Part shown: in pieces, positions 9,618 to 20,560 of the stretch | How positions within the stretch are numbered: position 1 is the stretch's first letter | Layout: every line of letters begins with the position of its first letter | Assembly (NCBI GenBank): GCA_963832745.1 | Contig: CAWHVC010000003.1 | Span: forward strand, 704,001-768,000 | Reading direction: 5' to 3' | From: Candidatus Bathyarchaeota archaeon | Lineage (GTDB): Archaea; Thermoproteota; Bathyarchaeia; Bathyarchaeales; Bathycorpusculaceae | Length of the DNA stretch: 64,000 nt | Translations under genes and position numbers: made by a program | The notes under the pieces: model-generated | What the model was told of the DNA's origin: nothing | What the model saw: the letters and a program-made list of their open reading frames with translations, nothing else | The model's database searches: none

Positions 9618-11029
9618 GCTTTGTTCCTCAGCTTGTCCATGTGGCTGATGCTTCTGGCAATGTGCTGCTGAGTTGCGATGTCTGTTCGGTTCCATAATCC
9701 GCCACCGCTGATGGCTCGGGCGCCTTCTTGACTAATTTGGCGTGCCTCTTCAATGCTGTCGCCGATGCCTAAAACGCCGACAGCCCGTGATTTCAAAGCG
9801 TAGTTTTTGCCGCTTCTGATTTCCATCGAACCTGGATAAACTCGTATTTTACTGCCATATTTTTTGGCTAACTCATAAGCTTTGGAAAGGTCAACTGGCG
9901 AATCAATGTCGGATTTAACAACTCTGTCGGGAAAAACGTTCATGAATCCGCCATAATCAGGTGGAACTTTGTAGGTTAAAACCGTGGCTGCTTTCTCTAA
10001 TCCGACACTTCCCAAGTTTCCCTCAATCATTTTATAGCACACATCGACAAAATCGTCCTTGATTATAGGGAAAAGGTTGATGCTTTCAGGGTCACCTGGA
10101 CGACTGTTAATTTCCAAAATTTTTGTGCCATGTCCCGTGTGCATAAACGCCAAGTACAAGGGTACTCCGCGGAGTGCTGTGGAATCGTTAATTTGTTTGC
10201 TCCAGCCATCAAACACTTTGTTTGCTAACGTAATCTCGTTTTGGTGTTCGGCCGCGGTTAAGAAGGGTAGTTTGTCGCCGACGTCTTTGTAGGAGCCCAT
10301 TCCGCCAGTGTTTGGTCCACGGTCATCGTCAAAAGCTCGTTTGTAATCGCGAGTTTCAGGGAGCGGTATAAAGTGTTTTCCGTCACAGAATGCCATGCAA
10401 CTGGATTCTTCGCCGTCAACTTTCTCTTCGATAATAACGGCGCTGTACTGGAAGTTAGACATAAAATGTTCAAACAGCTCTTCACGGTTGGCAAAATGGT
10501 CACCCCAGACGCCAACACCTTTGCCTGCTGCAGGTTTGTCGGGTTTAACTACGGCTTGATTGTCAAGTTCATCCAGCCATTTGTAAACATCCACTTTAAC
10601 CGCTGCTATGTCTTGGTAGTCTTTAGGGTCAAAAATTTTGAACCGCGGATTAGCTTCAGGAGCTATTTCTTCAAAAAGCAAGCGCTGTTTAACCTTGCTT
10701 TCTTCGATAGCGTAATCTTTTTTGGGGCAAACAACCGGAATGCCTGTTTCGGCTTCGATGAGGTCACGTAAGCCGTCAATAATTGGTTTTTCGGAGCCTA
10801 CAATTGCAAAGTCAAGTTTGTCTTTGTAGGTTTGTGCAAACCTGCATATGTCTTGGATGTTTAGATTGGGGATTACAACATGTTTCGTGGCTCTTTCAGC
10901 ATTGAAAGGGTTAAGCTGCTTGTCTGCAATGTAAAATTGCACTTTGTAGTTTTGGCTTCTCGCAAGCGCGTCAACCATGGCGGCTTCTCGTGCACCGTAC
11001 GAAACGACTAATACACCTATTGTTTCCAT
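9614..11029 (-). CDS. purD: Phosphoribosylamine-glycine ligase (GAR synthetase)
   Basis: GAREAA, AAGKGV, DYKRAFDDDRGPNTGGMGSY, EINSRPGDPE. Confidence 0.95.
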   Translation of the reverse strand: METIGVLVVSYGAREAAMVDALARSQNYKVQFYIADKQLNPFNAERATKHVVIPNLNIQDICRFAQTYKDKLDFAIVGSEKPIIDGLRDLIEAETGIPVVCPKKDYAIEESKVKQRLLFEEIAPEANPRFKIFDPKDYQDIAAVKVDVYKWLDELDNQAVVKPDKPAAGKGVGVWGDHFANREELFEHFMSNFQYSAVIIEEKVDGEESSCMAFCDGKHFIPLPETRDYKRAFDDDRGPNTGGMGSYKDVGDKLPFLTAAEHQNEITLANKVFDGWSKQINDSTALRGVPLYLAFMHTGHGTKILEINSRPGDPESINLFPIIKDDFVDVCYKMIEGNLGSVGLEKAATVLTYKVPPDYGGFMNVFPDRVVKSDIDSPVDLSKAYELAKKYGSKIRVYPGSMEIRSGKNYALKSRAVGVLGIGDSIEEARQISQEGARAISGGGLWNRTDIATQQHIARSISHMDKLRNKA

Positions 11030-11067
11030 CCAATGACACCGTTTGATTGATAGGAAAGATTGGGGGC

Positions 11068-12567
11068 TTAATTTGCTTTTTTGCCGTCGGTATGTGTTTC
11101 TTCGACTTCGTAGATACGGTTTTTCTCCTCGTACCCTTTGAGGAACTTCTGTTTCATCTCGTCAGCCATTTTTTGAGCTAAAGGCGTTGGGTACTTGCCG
11201 GTAACACATGCCATGCAAAGCTGGTCTTGGTTTTGTCCGGTGGCTTCAATGAGTTTCTCGTGGGATTGGTAACATACGCCGTCTGCGCCTATGATTTTTG
11301 CGATTTCTTCTGGACTGTTTCTTGAGCCGATAAGTTGACCGTAAGTGGACATGTCAATGCCGTAGAAGCATGGTCCAATGATTCTTGGGAAAGTCACGAA
11401 AACGTAAACTTTTTTGGCGCCTGACTTGCGTAGTTTATCAATGATGACTTTGGTTGTATCTCCACGTACGATGCTGTCTTCACAGATTATAACATTTTTT
11501 CCAGCTACTTTGGAGCCTAAAATGTTAATTTTCTTGTCAATAGTTGAGAAACGTTCATTGTTAAGCAGGATGAAAGCTCGTTCGGTAACGTAACGGTGTC
11601 TCCTTGACGCTCGTTCCCACCGTAGCCCTGAAGCTTCATGAACACCCATGGCTGGGTCATCACCAGTTTCAGGTACGGAAAGAATGATATCGCATTCTTT
11701 TACAATATCGGGGTTTTCATAAACGATGTTTCTTCCAAAAGCTTCACGGATTTCGTAAACGTATTTACCGTTAAACCTTGAGTCTGGCCTTGCAAAGTAA
11801 GCGTATTCGAAAGCGCAAAAGGCATGCTTTGACTTTTCGATGATTTGTTGGCGGACAAAGCCGTCTTTTGTAGCGATTACTAGTTCGCCTGGAAGTAATT
11901 CAAAGTCGCGTTCAAGACTGTTCATGTCTAAACTGACTGTTTCAGACGAAAAAGCCACTGTCTGATGATCTTGGCTGTGTCCAGCGCATAAGGGTTTAAT
12001 GCCGTTGGGGTCTTTAAAAGCGAAAAAGGTTCCGTCATCTAAAATGCCTGTTACCGAAAACGCGCCGTCTAAACTTTCCATGACTCCACGTACGGCTCCG
12101 GCTAGGTCTTTTCCTTCTTTAAATCCAAGTAGGAGTTTGTGGCAGACAATGTCGGAGTCACAGGTGTAGTTGAAGTTTGAAAAGTTCTTGTACATTTCTT
12201 CTTTTAACTGTGAAGTGCTCACGATGTTGCCGTTGAATGATAATGCAAGTTTTATTTTGTCTGTTGAGCCGGTGACGGGTTGTGTTCCTTGAATTATTGA
12301 TGATTCGTCACATTTTCCTGAGGTTGTATACCTAACGTTTCCGATTCCGATTGAACCGGGGAGTCTTCCAAACCATTCGTTTATTGCTTTTGTTTTAATT
12401 TTTGGAACAAGGTCTAAGTTCTTGTAGCTGAAGAACTGGCCGTTGTTGTAGGTTAAAAAGCCGTGTGATTGGTGGCCTCGATGGTTTTGTGCTCGAAGTC
12501 CCCAGTAAACGAATGGGAAAACTGGTTGATTATTATAGTTTTTTACACCAAATATGCCGCAGCCTAT
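11068..12567 (-). CDS. purF: Amidophosphoribosyltransferase
   Basis: Frame extends upstream of the ORF call to (M)GCGIFG...LRAQNHRGHQSHG; CAFEYAYFARPDS, EDSIVRGDT, CFYGID, CMAC; apparent ATA start. Confidence 0.93.
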   Translation of the reverse strand: MGCGIFGVKNYNNQPVFPFVYWGLRAQNHRGHQSHGFLTYNNGQFFSYKNLDLVPKIKTKAINEWFGRLPGSIGIGNVRYTTSGKCDESSIIQGTQPVTGSTDKIKLALSFNGNIVSTSQLKEEMYKNFSNFNYTCDSDIVCHKLLLGFKEGKDLAGAVRGVMESLDGAFSVTGILDDGTFFAFKDPNGIKPLCAGHSQDHQTVAFSSETVSLDMNSLERDFELLPGELVIATKDGFVRQQIIEKSKHAFCAFEYAYFARPDSRFNGKYVYEIREAFGRNIVYENPDIVKECDIILSVPETGDDPAMGVHEASGLRWERASRRHRYVTERAFILLNNERFSTIDKKINILGSKVAGKNVIICEDSIVRGDTTKVIIDKLRKSGAKKVYVFVTFPRIIGPCFYGIDMSTYGQLIGSRNSPEEIAKIIGADGVCYQSHEKLIEATGQNQDQLCMACVTGKYPTPLAQKMADEMKQKFLKGYEEKNRIYEVEETHTDGKKAN

Positions 12568-13024
12568 GTTTGGTCCCTCTAAAGCAGTGTAAACGAAATG
12601 TAGTTGAAAAGGGGTTTATCAGCTTTTAGTACAAATTTGGCTAAAACTCATGGGGTTTTTTACATATCCTGCTGGATACTTGTTGGTGTTTGGCGTCGGC
12701 TTGTTTTGTTGTGTGTAAACTGTTGTACGGACAAAGGTTAAAAACGATTTTTCGAAGTATTATGGGTGGTTCGAAGAGTTTCGATTTTTTGCTTCGATAG
12801 TCAGTATATTGATTCGTAAGATATATTTTAAACACTAGAAAGTGAATATTGAATCTTACGACAGAAGGCATTTATAAGAAAAACGTCAAGTTGATTCCAA
12901 AGATGAGTCGGCGATGAACAAGAATATGAAAATAATCAAAATTAAAAATCAAAAACCGAAAAGACTCAAATTTGCGATTACAAACCCAACGGGCTCATCA
13001 CCCAACAATAAACCTAGGAGGTGA

Positions 13025-13693
13025 ATGAAGACAATGAACTACAACGTATTCCACAGATTAATGAAAAACCGCTATGCACTAAGCACAGTCGTCACCACCC
13101 TGATTATCCTCGTCATTTCAGTGCTACTCGCCAGCGTCGTAACTTACTTCGCCATCAACGTCGTAAGCACTCGTGTTCAGGAAGAAAGCTTAGCACTTAA
13201 CAAACAGCACATATGGCTACAACCCCGCAGCAGCACCAGGGACCCAGATTATTCATTAAGCATCACTAATGGTCGTTAACACTGGTGGCAGAGACATCGT
13301 AATTGACAAATTAGCAGTTAGAGGACAGGAAAGCCCCTGGAACGATGTCTGACGAAGATGGAAACGGTAAATTCGTAGTCTACTCGATCACAACAAACCC
13401 AATCTCTGAAGATATGGGATTCGTTGGAACATTCACCACCACTCCAGTAGCCCCTGAAGGTGAGCCAGCAGCTGATGACGACAACGTAGTCGTGTTCGGT
13501 GCATCAAACTATCTAATGCGTGTAACAGATAACGACTTGTCCTTCCATCAGGAACACAATGATCCTCTACATAATCAACCCAGACTCAATCACAATCAAC
13601 GACATTGGCCTAACAGTCAGCATCACACTATACACAGCACAAGCAATGTACTACCGAGAAGCAAACGTCCAAGCATACACAGCATTAGCATAA
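13025..13693 (+). pseudogene. Type IV pilin 1 (frameshifted as assembled)
   Basis: Class III signal KNRYA|LSTVVTTLIILV, NTGGRDIVIDK and AMYYREANVQAY lie in different frames; AGGAGGTGA RBS; breaks near 13265 and 13545. Confidence 0.8.
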
Positions 13694-13808
13694 ACATAAA
13701 ATCCCCTCTTCTTTCGTTTTATTTTTTCTTTTAAGTGTCATAGATTTTTCTTACACACAAGTTTACTTATTCCAAATTAACGTTAAGTGCTTTTTAAAGT
13801 GAAAATCT

Positions 13809-14401
13809 ATGAGAAAGTCTACTTAGAAATCGTTTGGCTTTAAGTACAGTTGTTACAACTCTAATTATACTCGTTGTTTCAGTGTTGCTCGCTGGTGTCG
13901 TAACCTACTTTGCTATCAATGTTACTAGTACTCGTGTTCAGGAAGAAAGCTTGCATCTTACCAAGCAACATGTTTGGTACGATGAGAGCCCACAGTGAAT
14001 CTGTTGCAGCTATTATGATCATTAATACTGGTGGTCGTGATGTTGTCATTGATAAATTAACAGTCAGAGGCCAAGAAGTGGCATGGGCAGGAAATCCACA
14101 AAAAGTCTACTACGCAATCACTACTGAATCAATATCAAGCGACCTTATATTCCACACATCAGCTCAACTTGCAGTCGAGGGTGGAATAGATCTAAAGGTT
14201 GACTTAACAGAACTCCAAGCAGTAACAAAACTCGGTGCAGCAGCAAGTGACTTAACTTTGCCATCAGGTCAAACAATGATCATCTACATTACAAGTCCTG
14301 ACAGCATCACAATCAACGACATTGGTCTAACAGTTGCAGTCACAGTTTTCACAAGCCAGGCTATGTACTATAAAGAAACTAACGTTCAAGCATACGTCTA
14401 A
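13809..14401 (+). pseudogene. Type IV pilin 2 (two +1 frameshifts as assembled)
   Basis: 5' ~170 nt nearly identical to pilin 3; extra A after ATGAGA and a shift near 13985. Confidence 0.8.
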
Positions 14402-14592
14402 TCCATTTAAGTTATCCTTCCCCCCCACACTTTCTTTTCTTTGCACTAAAATTTTTTTGTTTATTTAATTCAAACTAGTTTATTCTTTGATTCTAAAGCT
14501 ACTCTAAAACTTCTGTGCTGCTTGTTGTAAATTATTTTACGCACAAATTATCATATCCAAAACTATCGTACTTGTTTTTAAAGTGAAAATCT

Positions 14593-15186
14593 ATGAGAAG
14601 TCTACTTAGAAATCGTTTGGCTTTAAGTACAGTTGTTACAACTCTAATTATACTCGTTGTTTCAGTGTTGCTCGCTGGTGTCGTAACCTACTTTGCTATC
14701 AATGTTACTAGTACTCGTGTTCAGGAAGAAAGCTTACACCTTACCAAGCAACATGTTTGGTATGATGCGGATGGCGAAATGTCTCAAGCAGCTATTATGA
14801 TCATTAATACTGGCGGTAGAGACGTAGTCATTGACAAGCTTACAGTTCGAGGCCAAGAAATTACTTGGGCAGGTGCCAACCAAAAAGTTTTCTATGCAAT
14901 CACAACTCAATCAATCTCTGAAGATTTACCATTCCTAGTCTACGACCCAACAGCAGACCCAGTAGAAGACATGGCTGACGGTGACCTTACAGGCGTAGGC
15001 GACGGAAACATTGTTATTGCAGCGGCAACAAGCGACATAACTTTACCCTCAGGACAAACATTGATAGCTTATATTCAAAGCCCTGACAGCATTACCATTA
15101 ACGACATTGGCTTAACAGTTGCTATTACAGTGTTTACTAGCCAAGCGATGTACTATAAAGAAACTAACGTACAAGCATACGTCTAA
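14593..15186 (+). CDS. Type IV pilin 3 (intact, probable major pilin)
   Basis: RNRLA|LSTVVTTLIILVVSVLLAGVV class III signal peptide; INTGGRDVVIDKL; lacks the archaellin GxGTLIVFIA signature. Confidence 0.85.
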   Translation: MRSLLRNRLALSTVVTTLIILVVSVLLAGVVTYFAINVTSTRVQEESLHLTKQHVWYDADGEMSQAAIMIINTGGRDVVIDKLTVRGQEITWAGANQKVFYAITTQSISEDLPFLVYDPTADPVEDMADGDLTGVGDGNIVIAAATSDITLPSGQTLIAYIQSPDSITINDIGLTVAITVFTSQAMYYKETNVQAYV

Positions 15187-15353
15187 GTCAAATAAACTAA
15201 AATCCCCCCCACACTTTCTTTTTTACATAATTTTAAGTTTGATTATCTTAGTTTGGTTTGATTTTTAATTCAAATCTGTTTTTGTTGTAGAATTTTTTAC
15301 GCACAAATCATCTTATTTCAAATTATCCTACATTGTTTTCAAGTGAAATTAAA

Positions 15354-15925
15354 ATGAGAAAGTCTACTTAAAAATCGTTTGGCTTTAAGTACAGTTGTAA
15401 CAACTCTAATTATCCTCGTTGTTTCAGTGTTGCTCGCTGGTGTCGTCACCTACTTTGCAATCAACGTCACTAGTACACGTGTCCAGGAAGAAAGCTTGAC
15501 ACCTAACCAAACAACATGTCTGGTATGATGAAAATACCGACACGATGCAGCAATTATGATCATTAATACTGGCGGTAGAGACGTAGTCATTGATAAAGTA
15601 TCAGTCGAGGCCAAGAAGTGGTATGGGCAATGTAACACAAAAGTTTACTATGAAAGCACTTCAGCATCAATCTCCGCAGATCTTGACATGTAGCCAAAGC
15701 AACTTAACGCAAAGGTACCTAAACGCACAATCGGTTAGGTCGCGATACATTGGTGACTAAGTCCTGCAGCAGATGACTTAACACTCCATCAGGCAAACAA
15801 TGATACATCTACATCCAAAGCCCAGACAGCATCACAATCAACGACATCGGCTTAACAGTTGCAATCACAGTCTTCACAGCCAAGCAATGTACTACAAAGA
15901 AACCAACGTTCAAGCAGCTAAATAA
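15354..15925 (+). pseudogene. Type IV pilin 4 (multiple frameshifts as assembled)
   Basis: Nucleotide homology to pilins 2 and 3 at both ends; ends ETNVQAAK-stop. Confidence 0.75.
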
Positions 15926-16147
15926 GGTAATCATAAAAAGAACCCCCCCACACTTTCTTTTTTACTCTAAAAATAATTTATTGCTCGAGCGTTTTTTATC
16001 ATGTTTTTAAATCAAATTGCATTTTTCCGGCTTTTTTGGCATACAGATTCACTACTTGTACAATACTTCTGTTACACACAAACAATCATAATCCAAAATC
16101 CAGACCTAAAGAATCAATCAAACAATGGAAAAGGGATTTGGATAGAA

Positions 16148-16993
16148 ATGAAGCTAAACACGTCATTAAGGAAGTTTTGGCGCTCAACAAAAGCGTTGGC
16201 GATTCCAATGACGTTTCTGATTCTTGCTTGTTTCCATGTTATGCATGATCTCAGTAACTTACTATTTTGCGGTAGAAAAAGTAAACAGCCGTGCTTCAAT
16301 ACTAAAAGTTTCCATAGCCAAAGAAGAAATGCTAACGTTTAGCCAGGACACTGTTCCGATTCTTTGGCAGCCTGGCTCAGCATGCACTTTTGAATTCAGC
16401 GATTCAGGCGGAAAACTCAACGTTCAACCCAACAATAACACCTTGACAGTAAACGTTTCAGGCCAAAGCATTTCCAGTGTCCTTTTTAACGAAACAGTGG
16501 GGCAAGTAACTTACGAGTTGCCTTATTCTGGATCAGCGGAAACAGATGTTTACCTTAAAGGCGACAGCCGATCAATTACTAATCAAAGCGGTTCAGTCTT
16601 AACACAATTGAGCATTGCAAACGGTGAAGACCATCCCGAAATTCAGTTACGGTACCGACCAACCGTATTCATACGTGACTGCTAGGTTTAGAGGACGGTA
16701 AAACAGTCAACAATATCCGAGTCTATATAGTTAACTTGAATGCTTCACAAGAATTTGGTTTGTATGGTAAACTACCCATAAAAGCCTCCTGCCTTAACAC
16801 CCAAATATCCACAACCACATACACCGTCACTTCCGCAGTTCAAGCCCTAACTTTTAGTGCAACATTAAACGGAATTACTGGCCAAGTCAACATCCCCATA
16901 GAAACACACCGCCTCAGGCGCTGTCATCAACATACAACTGGTGCAGTCAAGCATTCAAATCGCGAGGTGCCTACTTTAAAGTGCCCTCTATAG
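16148..16993 (+). CDS. Minor pilin-like protein (frameshifted as assembled)
   Basis: STKA|LAIPMTFLIL class III-like N-terminus; beta-rich body split over three ORFs; end approximate. Confidence 0.6.
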
Positions 16994-17427
16994 TGCCATC
17001 CTACATTTACGTACTTTTTGCTTCAATCATCGTGGGAACCATAATAATCGGTGTATGCGGCGTTTCAACATTGGAAATAAAAAACAACGCTGACAAACAG
17101 CAATTATCAAACTTAGCCGATTATGTAACAGCACAAAGCAACATGCTTATTCTGCAAGCAACCAGAGACACAGCAAACTCTACAGTTTATCTTAACTTGC
17201 CCTCAACAATTGGAAACCAAAAATATTGGATCCAAATAGAAAACGACACCTCAAAAGCTTGGGTAACCGCAGGTTTTGGTTCAATTCAAACTAGCAGTCA
17301 ACAGCGAACTTACCTTCCTGTAGATGTTTCTGGTTCAGGCGTTTACACGAGTTATTCAGGAATTGCAGTTTTGAAATGTGAAACTGACGGTTCAAAAGTG
17401 ACTTTATCGATTAATGGAGAAAACTAG
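16981..17427 (+). CDS. Pilus-associated membrane-anchored protein
   Basis: N-terminal TM helix, LNLPSTIGNQKYWI segment, position in the operon. Confidence 0.6.
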   Translation: MPSIVPSYIYVLFASIIVGTIIIGVCGVSTLEIKNNADKQQLSNLADYVTAQSNMLILQATRDTANSTVYLNLPSTIGNQKYWIQIENDTSKAWVTAGFGSIQTSSQQRTYLPVDVSGSGVYTSYSGIAVLKCETDGSKVTLSINGEN

Positions 17428-17428
17428 A

Positions 17429-19009
17429 ATGCCGTTTGGAAAAAAGAAGAATGAAATAGAGGAAGTAAAAGAGAAAATTTCAAGCGAAGACTTAATCGGC
17501 TATTTAGGCATCCAAGGCTGCCGTGTACCTGAAGGGTACGTTCAAATAGAAAGTTACCCCCTTAAACCGCCTTTTTCGTACGCTTGGATTTTCCAGGATG
17601 AATCTGAAGGCAGCTACTTCTACGTTGTTGACGAGTTATCCTTGTCAAAAACTGAACGTGAATGCTACAAACGGTTAAAGAACATTTTAGAATACGAACT
17701 CAAGGCTCCACGGATTGATGAAACGCTTGAAGCATCTTTCCGCAGACAACTTCCCAGTATAATAGAAGACCACAGTACCGTGCTCGCTGACACTGACAGT
17801 GTAGGCATAAAAAAAATCAACTATTTTCTTGAACGTGACCTGATTGGTTACGGCAAAATTGACGGTTTAATCAACGACCCCTTCATTGAAGATATCAGCT
17901 GTTTAGGTGTAAACAAGCCCGTCTACTTGTGGCACCGCAAATACGAAAGCGCCAAAACCAACGTAATGTACACTGACGAAGAAGAACTCGACGATTTCAT
18001 AACAAGAATAGTGCACCGCCAAGGAAAACACGTCAGCATCGCAAGACCAATCGTAGACATTACATTGCCCGGTAAACACCGTCTTGCAGTAGCGTTTGGA
18101 AAAGAAACTACTCCCGCAGGAACAAGCTTTACCATCAGAAAATTCCGAGACGACCCAATCACAATCGTTGACCTAATCATGAATGAAACAATCGACGAAA
18201 ACATAGGCGCATACCTTTGGCTGCTTATGGAAAACAAAATGTCCATGATGATTGTGGGTCCCACGGGCGCTGGAAAAACAACTGCATTAAACGCGATTGC
18301 CTGCCTGGTTAAACCGGACTTCAAAATCATCTCGGTTGAAGAGGTTTCAGAAATTAATTTGCCTCAAGAAAACTGGGTTTCCACAATTGCCCGTCCCGGT
18401 TTTGGAGGCGACAGCGAAGGCGAAGTAACCCTTTATGACCTTATCAAGTCGGCTGTGCGGCATCGTCCATCACTTATTGTTGTAGGCGAAATTAGAGGTG
18501 AAGAAGCATACGTGCTTTTCCAGGCCTTAGCAACGGGTCACGGTGGTTTATGTACCACTCACGCTGAGGATGTTGAAACTGTCGTTCAGCGTCTTACCCA
18601 GCCTCCGATGAACATTCCTCAAGGTATCTTGCCGTTAATGAACTGCGTCATCGTCGTTAAACAGGTGAAAACGCCAAACTACATTGCTCTTGACCGAAAA
18701 ATCACTGCAAGAAAATTTGTCCGCATTTCAGAAATCAATCAAAGTGGTGGTATCGTTGACTCCTTCAATTGGAACGCTAACACTGACACTTTCCAACAAA
18801 ATATTGACGAAAGCTATCTGCTAAATAAAATCGCAAAACACCTTGATGTACCATTTAGCGTAGTCCTTCAAGAGCTGGAACGAAGAAAACAGATACTTCT
18901 GAAAATGGTTGAAAAGAACCTTCGAGACTTCAAGAGTGTTCACCGGGCATTAAGCAGCGAAATTAACCTTCCAGATACTGAAGTTGCAGAAAAAGCTAGG
19001 GAGCATTAA
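17429..19009 (+). CDS. Type IV pilus assembly ATPase (VirB11/ArlI/AapE family)
   Basis: Walker A GPTGAGKT, Walker B IVVGEIRG, TGHGGLCTTHA His box, FTIRKF. Confidence 0.92.
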   Translation: MPFGKKKNEIEEVKEKISSEDLIGYLGIQGCRVPEGYVQIESYPLKPPFSYAWIFQDESEGSYFYVVDELSLSKTERECYKRLKNILEYELKAPRIDETLEASFRRQLPSIIEDHSTVLADTDSVGIKKINYFLERDLIGYGKIDGLINDPFIEDISCLGVNKPVYLWHRKYESAKTNVMYTDEEELDDFITRIVHRQGKHVSIARPIVDITLPGKHRLAVAFGKETTPAGTSFTIRKFRDDPITIVDLIMNETIDENIGAYLWLLMENKMSMMIVGPTGAGKTTALNAIACLVKPDFKIISVEEVSEINLPQENWVSTIARPGFGGDSEGEVTLYDLIKSAVRHRPSLIVVGEIRGEEAYVLFQALATGHGGLCTTHAEDVETVVQRLTQPPMNIPQGILPLMNCVIVVKQVKTPNYIALDRKITARKFVRISEINQSGGIVDSFNWNANTDTFQQNIDESYLLNKIAKHLDVPFSVVLQELERRKQILLKMVEKNLRDFKSVHRALSSEINLPDTEVAEKAREH

Positions 19010-19014
19010 ACTGC

Positions 19015-20557
19015 ATGACCAAAGCTCCCCCAACCGGCGCATTCGGCAAATTAATTGCAAAACTAAGTAAAGCAACAAGTGAAGAGAAAGAAAACATTGA
19101 ACACGAACTACCCTTCGTGGTAATGATTTTCACTTTGTTAGCTGCCAGCGGAGTATCACCTTACGACAGCTGGAAAAAACTGCGCAAACTATCCTTTTTG
19201 CCTACTTTTAAAAAGGAAGCAGATGAGATAGTTCGGCAGGTTGAGGTTTTAGGGAAAGACCCCCTGACCGTTATGCGTTTGCGTGGGGAATATACAGAAT
19301 CGAAGCTTTATCGCAACTTTTTGGGCGGTTTTGTTTCTTCAGTGCGTAGCGGCGGCAGAATGGTTGATTACTTAAAAAGCGAGTTAAAAACAATTTTTGA
19401 GCTTCGCCATGGAGAAATTACTCGTTCGGTTGAAAAGATAGCTACGCTTGTTGAGGCTTACACTGTCATGTTGATTGTGGTGCTTTGCGTTTACATCCTC
19501 TTTGTGGTGTTTCTCTTCAACAAACACTTTAGACTTGATGGGAGGTATGGCACTTCCCAAATCAGACATCATGACGTATCTTATTGCATTCGTGTTCATG
19601 CCAGTACTTTCAGGCATATTCATCCTCATAGCACATAACATGCAGAAAAGCGCTTTCAGCGACTTAAAAGACCTCTACAAGAAAGCAGTAATCATCCTAG
19701 CCGCTGCTTCAGCTGCACTGCTGGTTTTCGCCTTTATTCCCAACTTAACTGACGCAATCAAGCCAGCTGGTTTGCCTGAAGTAGTCACGATTGGCTTAGT
19801 TGTTGCCTCCGCTATACCTGCAATTCAATACCGAAGAATCGCCACCGTCAACTATAACGCTGAAGACGCCATTCCCTACTTCATACGCGACATCACTGAA
19901 TCGCACAAAATCGGGCTTTCACCAGAAAAAAGCATTATCCAAGCAACCAAACGCAAAAGCTACGGGCACTTCTCTAAGTATCTTGAACTTATGCGTAGCC
20001 AAATCGAATGGGGAGTACCCATCCGCAAAACCTTTGCTAACATTCGCAAAGAAATCCGAAGCTGGTTTGTAACTGTAAACTTTGCAATGATGATTGAAAC
20101 AATCGAAATCGGTGGTAACTCAACCGAATCCTTGGAGATTCTTGCTGAGTATAGCGAAAAAGAACGTGAACAACAAATTAACAAACGTGGCCTGTTAAAG
20201 CCATACATTTTCTTAGCTTTAATCTGGAGTGTACTTATCGCTGTCACTACAGTCATTGTTTCTTTAACTACCACAATGATGACTGGTGTAGTCAGCGATA
20301 GCCTCTCAAGTGTAGCAACATATGCAATGCAAGAAAACCTACGCATCTTCTCTGTTGGCATCATACTGCAATGCTGGATTTCTGGCTTTTTCATTGGAAA
20401 AATCAGTGAAGGAAACTTCGGCGCTGGCTTCCAATACTCTGCAATACTTGCCCTAACCGCTTATGTGTCACTAGTGCTGTCTCAAATGCTGCTCGGTGGA
20501 ATGTTCGGTTTCGTTCCCTCAGGCGCCCTTAACCCTTCTGGAGGAGGCATAACATAA
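19015..20557 (+). CDS. TadC/ArlJ-type membrane platform protein, two T2SSF-like halves (frameshift near 19510)
   Basis: IEHELP..LAASGVS and EDAIPYFIRDI..IGLSPEKSI repeats, multiple TM helices; one extra base joins the two ORFs. Confidence 0.85.
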
Positions 20558-20560
20558 AAA

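Larger units (their letters stand above)
14421..15966 (+). terminator. Repeated CCCCCCACACTTTCTTTT terminator-like tract after pilins 2, 3 and 4
   Basis: Same tract at ~14421, ~15205 and ~15943, each just after a pilin stop codon. Confidence 0.55.

Noticed and set aside
13790-15966. CRISPR array or DGR template/variable repeats
   Set aside because: The repeats are long coding paralogs, differences are not adenine-specific, and there is no cas or reverse transcriptase gene
13025-20557. Archaellum operon
   Set aside because: The filament proteins lack the archaellin N-terminal signature and no arlF/G/H or arlC/D/E is visible; better read as a pilus, pending phylogeny
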